Below, in pieces: positions 53,534 through 64,000 of a DNA stretch of 64,000 nucleotides (position 1 is its first letter; every line of letters starts with the position of its first letter). The translations under genes were made by a program, and so were the position numbers. The stretch comes from Tetramitus jugosus (lineage: Eukaryota > Protista > Heterolobosea), in contig OW569360.1 in NCBI GenBank assembly GCA_937625935.1, positions 124,001 through 188,000 of the forward strand, in the 5' to 3' direction. A model generated the notes under the pieces. The model was given only the letters and a program-made list of their open reading frames with translations. It did no database searches and had not been told where the DNA came from.

Positions 53534-56206
53534 TTAATATGTTGCGTAATTGTTTTGGACCAAACTATTCTGTGTAGTCGTCAACCATTGTTTCGCTTCT
53601 TGAATCGTTCCAAAGCTCTTATACTTGGCCGCTCTGAATCCTGTGACAACTGGTTGGCAATCAACCCAACTGCTAAATATGCCTGTGCGTTTTCCAGCTG
53701 CCACTGCATAAAATTTGGTGGCGTTTGGCTTGATGTCCATAACATTGTTAAAAGACTGACTGGAGGATGTTGGAGGCAGTGTTTGACTCGTCGTTGGTTG
53801 TCTAGCAACAGGTGGACTTCTGAACAATGCCCTTGGTGCTGTGCCATCGTTGACCGGCACAGGCTTGAATGTTCGGACAGGAGTAATTGGATTATCGACT
53901 GTTGACTGATATGTGGTCGTGGATTGGGTGGGTTTAGTGACAGTAGCAGCAGGAACGACCTTTTTTGGTGATACTTTCGCTAGCATTCCAGTTATCGTCT
54001 GTTGACCTGGTTGTGCAGCTGCATTGCCAAGTGGAGACGAAGACATCTTTTGCTTTTTCGCCTTTGGTGCTTCATTCGATAAACCGTTAACATCTGCCTT
54101 CCAACTCGTGCTACTTCTGTCCCGTTTCATTGATGCGAACGATTGACTAAAATCAGACATGGTACCGCCAACCCGCTTAGTTGTCACAGATCGACCCCTT
54201 GAGTAGTTAGCTCGACCCATGAATGAGAAGCTAGAATCATCAACCTTTGTATAATTCTTGAATTGTTTTAGTGGTGGCAGAGGGGCATTGGCTGCATCAG
54301 GAATGGTCTGGTTCTCTATGGACTTGTAGAATTTGAGAGCAGTTTCATCTGCTCTGACAACCCTCGGATCAAACTGTAATACCTGGAGTCCTTCAAGGGA
54401 TCTGGCTCTTGACAGTGCCACATAAGCTTGTCCCTTTTCAAAGATATCCTTCATGGAAATAATGCAATAGTCAAGAGTCAGCCCCTGCGTCTTGTGCACA
54501 GAGAGCGCCCAGGCCAGCGATAGTGGAAGTTGACATCGCTTGGCAAAGCTTCCATCGGATGGACCCAGAGCTTCAAACACAACAGGTTCAATAACCTGTT
54601 CAGTGCCACACTTGAATTTTACAACAGGCAAATATTCGTTATCTTCGAACCACTGCATAAACTCCTTCAATTCAGACTTCCGCCATTGATCGGCATTTGA
54701 GAGTAATGAAGTCTCCGATATTTTCTTAAAGCCTACGACAGTACCTCTTGATCCGTTCACCAGCTTACCATCCGGATAATTTCGCAACAGCATCACCTGT
54801 GCTCCAATTTTCAAATCCAACTTGACAACAGCATGACTATGCTCCAAATTTGTCCGCATTGCATCATATACAAACTTGTAAAACGCGTTGCTATTCTCCT
54901 CTCCATTCGATATTCTCTTCAGATTGATATAAAAGTGAGAGATGGCAGAGAATGATACTGTATCTCCTGATAATTTGCTCAATTCACGAATATTCTGTTG
55001 TTCGACTGCAACATTCTTTGGATAGATTACGGTAGGCTTCACACCATCTGTATTCGGCAGCACACGAGACAATGATCGAATCGTATCAACAGTCTTTGGT
55101 GACACATGTCCATGCCTCAACTCGTTCAACAGTGAAACAAACTCCTGTTGTTCCTGTCGAAACACTTTTCGCAGCTCGAAACAATGATTGATGCACTTGT
55201 TCCATGACTTGGCTTCAAAACACATACGCTTTGGTTTCACTTCCATTGGATTAACACTGCCGTTAGTGCCGCTGTTACTGCTGCTGAATCCTATCGTATC
55301 ATTACTATTCGATGTTCGATGATGATTGGCAGCCATTTGAGTGAACCGATTTCTCTGCTGTGACTTATCAACCGGTGGTAATTGCAAAAAGTCACCACAC
55401 AAGACCAACTGTATGCCCCCAAATGGTGGTATCTTGTCTGATGGCACACCGCCACGCAAATCATCACTGCATCGTATCATTGTTGCCGTCTTTTCCAACT
55501 CATCGAAAAAATCAGCGTCAATCATTGAAATTTCGTCAATAATCAACACATCTACCGCTCTCCACTGCTTCTTGTTCTTCCATGCTGTCTGAGCATCAAA
55601 TGTGCCATTGTCATTCTGCCTCACTCCACTAAAACTGTGTATTGTTCTGCCTTGAATGTTCTGCGCTGCGATACCGGTTGAAGCAGTCACAACCACATGC
55701 TTGTTCCTGTCTCTCAGTCGTTTGATAATCTCCGATAGTATAAAACTGTTGATGTTTAAAGCAAAAATGGTGAATGTTAAAGTCAGAACTCGGATGCATC
55801 CTTCTAAAAGAAATGAAATCACAACAATACAAGTGATATAAAAAGCAAGTGATCATAATCGCCACCTTTTACCAACTCCTGCACTGCCAGTACAAAAAAT
55901 GCTGTATCCCTTCATGACATAGTCCAATATTTTCATTTGTTCTGAACTGAGTGATGCGACAACTGGTGTCGTAGGAGTAGGTGATGGTAGTGTCTGGGCA
56001 GCTTTAGGTATTGGGGTGAATGTTTTTGTTGTTGCAGTTGGTGTGGTGGTTGATGGAAGCGATCGTATCAATGGAGGGAGTACTGGGATGATTTCGGCTG
56101 AGCTTGTCTCATTTGAGGGTTGTGGTTGCGATGATTGGGATTGTGGTTGGCTCATGTTTTGCTGGTGATTGATCGTCAATGCAAAGCTGTTTGGTTTGAG
56201 CGACAT
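53534..56206 (-). CDS. PIF1: PIF1-family 5'-3' DNA helicase with C-terminal RNase H1-type hybrid-binding domain (exons 56206-55866, 55745-53534)
   Basis: GSAGVGKS (restored across intron 55746-55865), DEISM, FGGIQLVLCGDFLQLPPV, LKIGAQVMLLRN, LAWALSVHKTQGLTL, GQAYVALSRA. Tail KFYAVAAGKRTGIFSSWVDC...YKSFGTIQEAKQWL. Confidence 0.93.
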
Positions 56207-56304
56207 TCTTTGTTTTGCAATTTGTTTCTGTTCGTTATTGCTTTTCAATTTTTTTGGCGAATTTGCTTGGCGCTAAATTAGTAAAGGTTCTCCGACTTAA
56301 GAGT

Positions 56305-58347
56305 TTATTCGTTTTCTAGGTTTCTGAATGCATGAGTAATTTCATCGTACAGTGCTTGATAGAACTCCTTGAGTTGAGCTTCTGGTTGTTGTGGATCCTG
56401 GAACTTTTGAGCGGAAAGCTTGTACAAAAGTTGGCCCAATTGAGCCTTGATGGTGGAAAATGACACCTTGTGGACACCAGTCTCGTTCACAGCCTTTTGA
56501 GCTTCTTCGTAGAAGTGGATCAAGTTTCTCAACATCAAAACAGTCTTGAAGAATGGGCAGTACTTGTCGTATGGAGTGTAAGAGTTTTGTTGCAAGAAAT
56601 CTTCTCTGATAATTCTAGCAACTTCCAAGGTAACCTTATCACCTTCAGCAAGGGAATCCTTACCGACCAGCTGTACAATTTCAGTCAAATCTTCTTCTTG
56701 TTGCAAAATTTCTCTGGCAACCTTTCTCAATCTAATAAATTCTGGATCGAATTGCTCATAGAATGGCTCCAAAGCATCGAGGTACTTGGAGTAGGAGACG
56801 AGCCAGTTTACAGAAGGGAAATGCTTTCTTTGGGCCAACTTCTTGTCCAATCCCCAGAAAACTTGCACAATAGACAAAGTGGAAGCAGTAACTGGATCAG
56901 AGAAATCACCACCAGGTGGAGAGACGGCACCGACAATAGTGACGGAACCGGTTCTGCCTGGATTACCCAAACACTTCACCTTACCGGCTCTTTCGTAGAA
57001 GGAAGCAAGACGAGCACCCAAGTAAGCTGGATAACCAGAATCAGCAGGCATCTCAGCAAGACGACCAGAAATTTCTCTCAAAGCCTCAGCCCAACGAGAG
57101 GTAGAGTCAGCCATCATAGAAACATTGAGACCCATATCTCTGTAGTATTCAGACAAGGTAATACCAGTGTAGATGGAGGCTTCTCTGGCAGCGACAGGCA
57201 TGTTAGATGTATTGGCGACAAGGGCAGTACGGTTCATGATAGAAACTTCTTGACCAGTCTTCTTGTTGGTGACAGTCAAGTGAGGGAATTCCATCAACAC
57301 TTCAGCCATCTCGTTACCACGCTCACCACAACCAACATAAATAATGACATCAGAGTTGGAGTATTTGGAGATAGCTTGAGAAATGACAGTCTTACCGCAA
57401 CCGAAAGCACCCGGAATAGCACAAGTACCACCTTGAACCGCAGGGAAAACTGCGTCCAAAACTCTTTGACCAGTCAGGAGAGGTGTATCACCAGCAAGCT
57501 TCTGGATCACAGGTCTAGGTTGTCTCACAGGCCACATGTGGCACATTTGGAACTCGCGCTTGACACCGTTGAATTCAATTTCCAAAACCTTGTCTTGGAG
57601 GGTGTAGTTGCCTTGTGGAGCAATGTATGTAATCTCACCCATAGCATATGGTGGAAGCATGATAGAGTGATCCACAAATGTGTTCTCTTCAACAACACCA
57701 TAAATGTCACCTCCGGTGATCTTGTCACCAACGGTAAAGTTGATTGGGTTGAACCACCAATTCTTGTCCATGTTCAACTCAGGAACATTGACACCTCTTG
57801 GAATATAAATATCTCCAGTCCTCTTGTTAATCACTTCCAAAGGTCTTTGAATACCGTCGAAAATACTCTCCATGATACCAGGACCAAGGTTGACAGACAA
57901 TGGCTTACCAGTTCTCAAGACTGGATCACCAACGGTCAATCCTGAAGTTTCCTCGTAGACCTGAATGGTAGCAGTATCACCTTCCAATCTAATAATTTCA
58001 CCAACCAATTCTTGGGTACCCACTCTGACCAATTCGTACATAGCAGAACCCTCCATCTTTTCAGCCATCACGACTATCGTGTTCAAAGATCGCAAATTAC
58101 ATTCATATTAGCATGGATTTTTGTAGTTCATGTCGTATGTATTTACACAAATTATGTTCATTGGTATGTGCATGTGTGATTTCAGAAAAGAGTGTGAAAA
58201 ATGATGGTGTGAGAAAAAAAGCTCTGTGATGCAAAGGCAGTCAAAAAAACGACTGCGAATGACACTTTGAGGTGGCAAAAACCTACCTGGACCAGAGACA
58301 GACAATACTTGTCCGTACTGGGATTCATCTTCTTCTCTCTCGAACAT
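56305..58347 (-). CDS. ATP6V1A: V-type proton ATPase catalytic subunit A (exons 58347-58287, 58073-56305)
   Basis: VSGPVVMAEKM after splicing. [46 protein letters not shown]. Confidence 0.98.
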
Positions 58348-58655
58348 CTTTTTGACTGTTGTTTGTGTTGTTTTTTGTGAGTGTCAAATGAAATTCTCTT
58401 GTTTTTTTGTGCGGCGCAACTGTGTGAATGCTTTTTTTCGGCCTCATGAGAATCTACTTTACAAAAAAATTCTTTACAACAAGATACTCATTGGAAGCTT
58501 TCGCGTATCTGAAAGTAGGAACATTCTGATCATTTGGCGTCCAGGTGAATACAAAAAAATGGCTGCAATTTGGTCAAACAACAAGCGTTGATAAATTAGA
58601 GTCAAAATCGGCAATCATCAGAAGGAATTACCTCATAGCATACAATAATGGGGTT

Positions 58656-59981
58656 TTAGAGATTCTCATACATTCCTTGCTTGGATTCATCTTCAGACAA
58701 GGAGAAATACTGTCTTGCTCTAGAGTACCACAGTAAGATCATCATGCTCACATAGGTCAGCAATTCAATGGAGCGAGTTAAACCTTCAACCCACTTGGCT
58801 CTGTGTTGTCTTGGAATCAATAGTGCAGTCAGGACCATGACTGGTAGAATGAGGAACCACACTGAATACAAAGCAAATGTTCTGTAGAACCAAATCTTGA
58901 CGGCACTGACTTCCTTCTTGTAAGTTGTCTTGAGTGCATAGATGAAGAATGCCAGAGCTGGGATTCTGAGTGCAGCCAACAAGACACCTGGCACAGTTTC
59001 ATACACATAGTCGCTAGTGTTGATCTGGGTAGCAAGGGAGATTTGAGACCATGAGAACATTGTGGAATAGAGAATGATGAGGGCCAACAGGATGCCTGCC
59101 AAGTACTTTGCATGTCTCAAATAAGGTTGAGTCACAGTCCATCCTGATGCAATTAAATAGAGAAGCATCATAAATGAGAGCTCGGCACACAATCTGAGTG
59201 CAGTGCTCATGCCATCAAAGAATGGAACACCGATACCATTGCTAGCATAGACCATATTGTGGAAGAGAGCGAGGTAGGAACTGGCAGTGTACAGCAATAA
59301 ACTACCATAAAAGACACGCACAATCCAATGGAAACAATTGGATCGAATCAACATGACAACGCTAAATGTGTAAGCAATACACATGAGTGTTAACAGTGGT
59401 GTGAATGCGAGCAATGTGGCATAGATACCGTGTCTGTCCTTTGAGAATTGTCTCTCAAAGATATTACCAGGATTGAGCCATGTGAAATCAATTTCAAAAT
59501 ATTCCTTTTTGCCCGCCTTGAAATCCTTTCCGTTTCGATCACAGGCACCCAAGAACACATACCAGAATCGAGGTCTTGACTCCTGATTGATATCCCATCG
59601 GAAATGTGTGTGTTGTTCCATATTCACAATGTAAGGTGTATAGTTTCTGGAGATGACTTGACTGCATGGCAGTTGATAGTTGGACTTGGCCAAATCTCTC
59701 TCCAACTTTTCAAAATAATCATCTCTAAAGAGAGCGACTGTCAAATTGGTGAGGAGTTCTGGCTTCAGATTGTTGGCCTTGTAGCTGACAGAGCCCATTG
59801 CTTTCTCACCTTCATTATCAAAACAGAACTGATCAATATAGTACCATGACTTACTCAGTTCACTCTTTTCAAAAAAGAAACGTGACACCTTGGCGTTGGC
59901 AGGAGACGTGTAAAGAGTGATGATTACGAGAAAAAAAACCGAAAGTGTGAGGATGAGACGAGAGAGGAATGTGACTTTCAT
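58656..59981 (-). CDS. GPR180/TMEM145-family 7TM protein
   Basis: Signal peptide, luminal domain with YIDQFCF and RPRFWYVFLGAC, QFSKDRHGI, YASNGIG, IASGWTV, YVYET.PG. Confidence 0.82.
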   Translation of the reverse strand: MKVTFLSRLILTLSVFFLVIITLYTSPANAKVSRFFFEKSELSKSWYYIDQFCFDNEGEKAMGSVSYKANNLKPELLTNLTVALFRDDYFEKLERDLAKSNYQLPCSQVISRNYTPYIVNMEQHTHFRWDINQESRPRFWYVFLGACDRNGKDFKAGKKEYFEIDFTWLNPGNIFERQFSKDRHGIYATLLAFTPLLTLMCIAYTFSVVMLIRSNCFHWIVRVFYGSLLLYTASSYLALFHNMVYASNGIGVPFFDGMSTALRLCAELSFMMLLYLIASGWTVTQPYLRHAKYLAGILLALIILYSTMFSWSQISLATQINTSDYVYETVPGVLLAALRIPALAFFIYALKTTYKKEVSAVKIWFYRTFALYSVWFLILPVMVLTALLIPRQHRAKWVEGLTRSIELLTYVSMMILLWYSRARQYFSLSEDESKQGMYENL

Positions 59982-60107
59982 TTTTTTTTCGTCTTTCTTT
60001 TGCTGATGTTGTCGGAGAATAAAGGAGTATTAGAAAAAGAGCGCCAACAAAAACCTTGTCGCTTACAACGCACACAACCACAATAAGCCAATTCGATTGA
60101 AAAAAAA

Positions 60108-60659
60108 ATGTTGAGCAGAAGACTTTTGAACAGAGTTGTTGCCCTGGCATCAAAGAAGAACACTCAATTCGTTCTACCATCCACCCATGCAGTCCAATCT
60201 GCATCTTCAGGCATCACAATCATAAAAAACAATGCAAATGTGAGACAGTACCGCACCACAACTGTTTCCCGTGATACTCAACACCCAGTTACTTATGTAA
60301 GTGTGATGCACAGCGATTCATCCTTCTATTTTTTGAGATTTTGATCGACTCACTCCTGTTGTGTGTGACATTTTTTGTCCTGCCCTTATTTTTGCTTATG
60401 TTGCCGCTGAATGAAAAAAAATGAACAAACACTGCATAAATAATAGACTCCAATCATGACGGAGGAAGAGTTGGACGAAGTTGATCCTGCCAATTTACCA
60501 CCTATTGAAGTCACTGAAAGTGTTGTGAGATGTGATGGAGAAATGTTGAAGGGATTGGGACATCCTGCAGAGTTTATTCGTGTGACCCATGATCATCCAG
60601 AACGATGCAAATATTGCGGTCTAACTTACATTAAGGTCCATGGAGGTCATCATCATTAA
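60108..60659 (+). CDS. NDUFS6: Complex I zinc-finger subunit NDUFS6-like (exons 60108-60296, 60447-60659)
   Basis: Presequence, then PPIEVTESVVRCDG...LGHPAEFI...CKYCGLTY (zf-CHCC). Intron GTAAGT...ATAG. Confidence 0.85.
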
Positions 60660-60752
60660 ATTCGTTTTGGAGGTGAGAGTTTGGTGTCAAGAACGAAAAC
60701 AACAGGCACACACACGCAATGCATGAATCATAATAATAATCGAAAGCAATCA

Positions 60753-60779
60753 CTAATAATAATAATAATAATAATAATA
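60753..60779. repeat. (AAT)n microsatellite between convergent genes
   Basis: ctaataataataataataataataatat is directly visible. Confidence 0.85.
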
Positions 60780-60871
60780 TGAATTATACGAGAGAGAAAC
60801 AAACCATGTCCTTGGTGAACAATAAAAGTGTGGAATGAAATAACAATAATACATGATCTGATATGCTAAAC

Positions 60872-61975
60872 TTAAAACTCCAATATTCCTTTATCGTTGT
60901 TTGCAGCACCGAACTTGGCAGAGAAGTTTTGCAATTGCTCAATGTGCTTGTTCACTGGCTCATCGTCCTCTGATTTTGTCATTCTCTTTTGACGTGCCTT
61001 GTCATAATTGCTCAACACCTTTTGTCTCGTGTGTTCCAATTGTCTCTGTTTTATCGCTTCGTCAATACTCATTTGTTGCATTTTGAATTTTCTTCTTGCT
61101 TCATACTTGGCTTCCAACTTTTCTTGAATCTTCTTCAATTTCTTTGGTGGTTCAACAGCTTGTTCACCAAACTCGACATAATCCTCTCTGATTGCACCTG
61201 ATTCAGCATCTTCCAAATCATCATCCTCCAGATTGATGTTCAACAAATCTTCGTCATCCAAAATATCTTCTTCATCATCAATGACAATAGTTCGTTTGCC
61301 ACCAGATGCCTGCTGTCTCGATTCTTCCTTTTCTCTCTTTCTCTTCTTCAGCTTACTTCTCTCTACAGCGGTCACTTGATTCAACTGTTTCTTAATCTTT
61401 TTCATCTGTTCCTTCTCCTTCTTCATTTTGGACCACATCTTGTTCTTTAGCTTTCTGTTTGTCATGGTCTGACTCTGTAGATTGGAGATGATGGCAGGTG
61501 TTTCCTTGGTATTACTGTTGTTATTCTTCTTGTTATTATTATTATTATTGTTGTTGCTGTCATGAGGATTGTTGATGTGATCATCACTTGTTGTTGTTTG
61601 ATGGTTGAATTGTGATACATCGTGACCCATGAGAGCCATCTGTCTCTTTTCCTTCTTTAGCTTATTGTTCAATCGAATCTGTTCTCTCTCCTTTTCCAAT
61701 TCGACATTCTTTTGTGCGCTGTCTTGTTGTTTCAACTCATTTTGAAATTCCATAATTTTTCGAATGCTCTTTGGAATGAAATCATTTTGTTTCTTTGGTG
61801 CTTCATTCAACCGCTTCTTCTCTTCCATTTTCTTCTCTTTGAGTTTTGCTCTTTCATTGCCCTCTGGATTATTGGGATCAATGTCCAAAATTTTGTTTCT
61901 TCTTTTGCTCTTGGATTGTCTGTATCCACGGCCTCTTCTCTTTTCTGCTTTTCCCTTTGATTGAACAGGACACAT
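60872..61975 (-). CDS. CCDC137-like nucleolar coiled-coil protein
   Basis: NEAPK..NDFIPKSIRKIM, DYVEFGEQAVEPP, RQKVLSNYDKAR. K/E-rich. Confidence 0.7.
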   Translation of the reverse strand: MCPVQSKGKAEKRRGRGYRQSKSKRRNKILDIDPNNPEGNERAKLKEKKMEEKKRLNEAPKKQNDFIPKSIRKIMEFQNELKQQDSAQKNVELEKEREQIRLNNKLKKEKRQMALMGHDVSQFNHQTTTSDDHINNPHDSNNNNNNNNKKNNNSNTKETPAIISNLQSQTMTNRKLKNKMWSKMKKEKEQMKKIKKQLNQVTAVERSKLKKRKREKEESRQQASGGKRTIVIDDEEDILDDEDLLNINLEDDDLEDAESGAIREDYVEFGEQAVEPPKKLKKIQEKLEAKYEARRKFKMQQMSIDEAIKQRQLEHTRQKVLSNYDKARQKRMTKSEDDEPVNKHIEQLQNFSAKFGAANNDKGILEF

Positions 61976-62124
61976 GTTTGATTGTTCTTGGTTGATGTTG
62001 TTGTTGTGGTTGTGGTTCTGTCTGTTGTTGTTGTTGGTCCAATGTGAGCTGTGAAAATGGATGAGGAGAAATGCAGTTCAACAAATTGATTGAATATTCA
62101 AATCGGTGAATTCCATTTCGTTTA

Positions 62125-62844
62125 TTACTTGACTTTGACGGTTCTGCTCTCAAGGGAGAAAATGTTGACTGCTTGATCATTGTCAGCATCGTAATCGGAC
62201 CATTCGCCCTCAGAGAAGTCAACCTCCATCTCTTCTTCGCTGTCCACTGGAGTTGCAACAATGCCTGTTTGATCATGATTCATTGGATCCCACGATTCCA
62301 CATCTACTCCTCTGCAATCGAATTGAACCATGGTGACAAATCCATCGTCGCTTGATTTCTTCTCTGCTTCTTCCAATGTCCAAGGATGGAATGTTTCAAT
62401 CAAGATGTCCACTTGACCCTTTCTCTCACAATTCTTGCACTTGTAATTCAAGTGTGTAGTTCCACGACCAGTGAGTTGTTCGACTTGATCATTGGCACAG
62501 ATCTTTCGTTTCAGTTGTTACGAACGTAGCAAACAAACAGGACGAATGTGAGATAGAGAAAAAGCTCAAATTTGCTCGCAAAGAAAGAAATGAAAAAACT
62601 GTGAAACAACAATTGATCATCATCATCATCGACATACAAATACATGCTTGTCAGAAATGGATTGACAGTGGGAACATTGAACTTTTAATCTCCAAGAGAA
62701 AGATGAAGGATCACTCAATGAGATCTTGCTAATGTTTTCGGCTTCGAATTTGACTTGAAGAGCTAATTTCTATTGAAGAACAAGAGTGAGTTCACACCAA
62801 TCACATCATTGACTGAAAAAGTTGAATTGAATACGTACTGGCAT
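62125..62844 (-). CDS. CZIB: CXXC-motif zinc-binding protein, UPF0587/DUF866 (exons 62844-62839, 62769-62638, 62502-62125)
   Basis: Spliced product MPKLALQVKFEAENI...LKVQCSHC...GRGTTHLNYKCKNCER...FDCRGVD...EGEWSDYD. Confidence 0.85.
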
Positions 62845-62984
62845 CTTTTTTTTTCTTGTCTTTTGTTCAGGTCCTGATCTGTTGGTGAAAGCGGCATCCA
62901 ATTTCTCCAAAAATAAGAAGGCTCTCGGTAAATTTATGGTTCGGATTTCTGATGTTTTTTGAAGGGAGAACAAAAACACCACAC

Positions 62985-64000
62985 ATGTCATTCAAACAGA
63001 CTCCTCCTGATCTTAATGGAAAGAATCAATACCTTGGTGATGCCACACTCCGTAGCATCATTCAATATTATTTTTTTGAAAAGTGTCCACCCAACAATGC
63101 CTGCGGCAGTAGTCAACCAAACAATCGGTGCATAAATGAGATTCATGACCAATTGATTCAATTCGGCTCCAGTGTTGTCTCCAAGACGATGCTCGACAAT
63201 CGATTCGCTGCAGAAAACGTCAACAACCATCCAAGGTTGCGCACGTTTGACGCTTGGCAGAACAGGATTGACCAATTGGAGATTCATGAGTCATGGAGGT
63301 ACTTTCAGTCCATTGCGGCAAAGGATGGGCTCGTAGCTACTGGATATGGCCCATTCAGAGAAAAATATGGTCCAATGGCACGTGTCCTTCAATTTGCAAA
63401 GCTGTATCTCTTTGATGCGAGCAGTGCAGTGTACACTTGTCCATTGGCAATGACAGATGGTGCCGCCAGGTTGTTAGAACTGCAATTGTCATCTCTGTCA
63501 AAGGCAACTGGTTCTCCTCAGTCGAATCATGCTCAAATTAGTGACCACAAGAAACAATTGTATTCTGGAGTGTTTAACCATTTGACCACCACTGATACAA
63601 ACCAGTTCTGGACCTCTGGGCAGTGGATGACGGAAAAAACTGGTGGTAGTGATGTCAGAGGCACACAAACCATTGCTACTCCTGTTCGTGGCACTGACTT
63701 GAAACATACAATTGGTTGCTATTATCACTTGAATGGATTCAAGTGGTTCACAAGTGCAACCGACTCACAGATTACACTGGCATTGGCCAAGATTGAAGGA
63801 TCAGATGATTTGTCACTGTTCTTGGTGCGTATTCGAGATGAGAAAACAGGAAAGTTGAATGGCATCAAGATTCACAAGTTGAAGGACAAGTTGGGAACCA
63901 AGGCTTTGCCAACAGCTGAACTTGCTCTAAAGAACACGGAAGCATTGCTTGTGAGCGAGCCTGGAAAGGGAGTACAAACCATTTCATGCATGTTGAACAT
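62985..64000 (+). CDS. AidB/ACDH-11-like acyl-CoA dehydrogenase, 3'-truncated by window edge
   Basis: Manual translation: MSFKQTPP...NQY..D..L...YTCPLAMTDGAARLL...WTSGQWMTEKTGGSDV...GFKWFTSA...KLKDKLGTKALPTAEL. Absent from the ORF track because there is no stop in the window. Confidence 0.92.
   Translation, partial: MSFKQTPPDLNGKNQYLGDATLRSIIQYYFFEKCPPNNACGSSQPNNRCINEIHDQLIQFGSSVVSKTMLDNRFAAENVNNHPRLRTFDAWQNRIDQLEIHESWRYFQSIAAKDGLVATGYGPFREKYGPMARVLQFAKLYLFDASSAVYTCPLAMTDGAARLLELQLSSLSKATGSPQSNHAQISDHKKQLYSGVFNHLTTTDTNQFWTSGQWMTEKTGGSDVRGTQTIATPVRGTDLKHTIGCYYHLNGFKWFTSATDSQITLALAKIEGSDDLSLFLVRIRDEKTGKLNGIKIHKLKDKLGTKALPTAELALKNTEALLVSEPGKGVQTISCMLN

Noticed and set aside
53534-56206. PIF1 as a Helitron transposon helicase
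   Set aside because: There is no Rep/HUH domain or element termini, and the gene is flanked tightly by host genes.
57300-57345. Possible VMA1-type intein in V-ATPase A
   Set aside because: [11 protein letters not shown] is contiguous and the protein length is normal.
56470-57945. 491-aa antisense ORF over V-ATPase A
   Set aside because: Same antisense-shadow artefact of biased codon usage.

Overview
This is gene-dense, AT-rich eukaryotic nuclear DNA, not prokaryotic. It holds about 38 protein-coding genes in 64 kb, with very short intergenic gaps and CAA-rich 5' leaders. Sparse GT-AG introns of about 70-215 nt (mostly GTAWGT donors) split several ORFs in the supplied track, and I reconstructed these by hand. 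The gene repertoire (DUF4116-type repeats, EGF/GPS/7TM-RGS receptor, LRR dual-specificity phosphatase, PTEN-C2 formin) suggests a free-living protist, probably heterolobosean/Naegleria-like (inference). Housekeeping genes include LYRM1, eIF3g, ATE1, symplekin, WASHC3, DLST, MED9, V-ATPase A, NDUFS6, CCDC137 and CZIB. The most notable signals are unusual domain architectures: (1) an ATE1 with an inserted arginyl-tRNA-synthetase N-terminal-like domain; (2) an F-box-like/WD40/2OG-Fe(II) prolyl-hydroxylase-type fusion; (3) an animal-XYLT-like GT14 xylosyltransferase ending in a ricin lectin domain; (4) a secreted protein with 36 tandem (W/Y)YPSSS units; (5) a PIF1 helicase fused to an RNase H1 hybrid-binding domain; (6) an adhesion-type GPS-7TM receptor fused to RGS; (7) a head-to-head copper amine oxidase / arylamine N-acetyltransferase pair. 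I recognised no rRNA, tRNA, CRISPR array or mobile element. All family calls come from motif recognition by eye, with no database searches.
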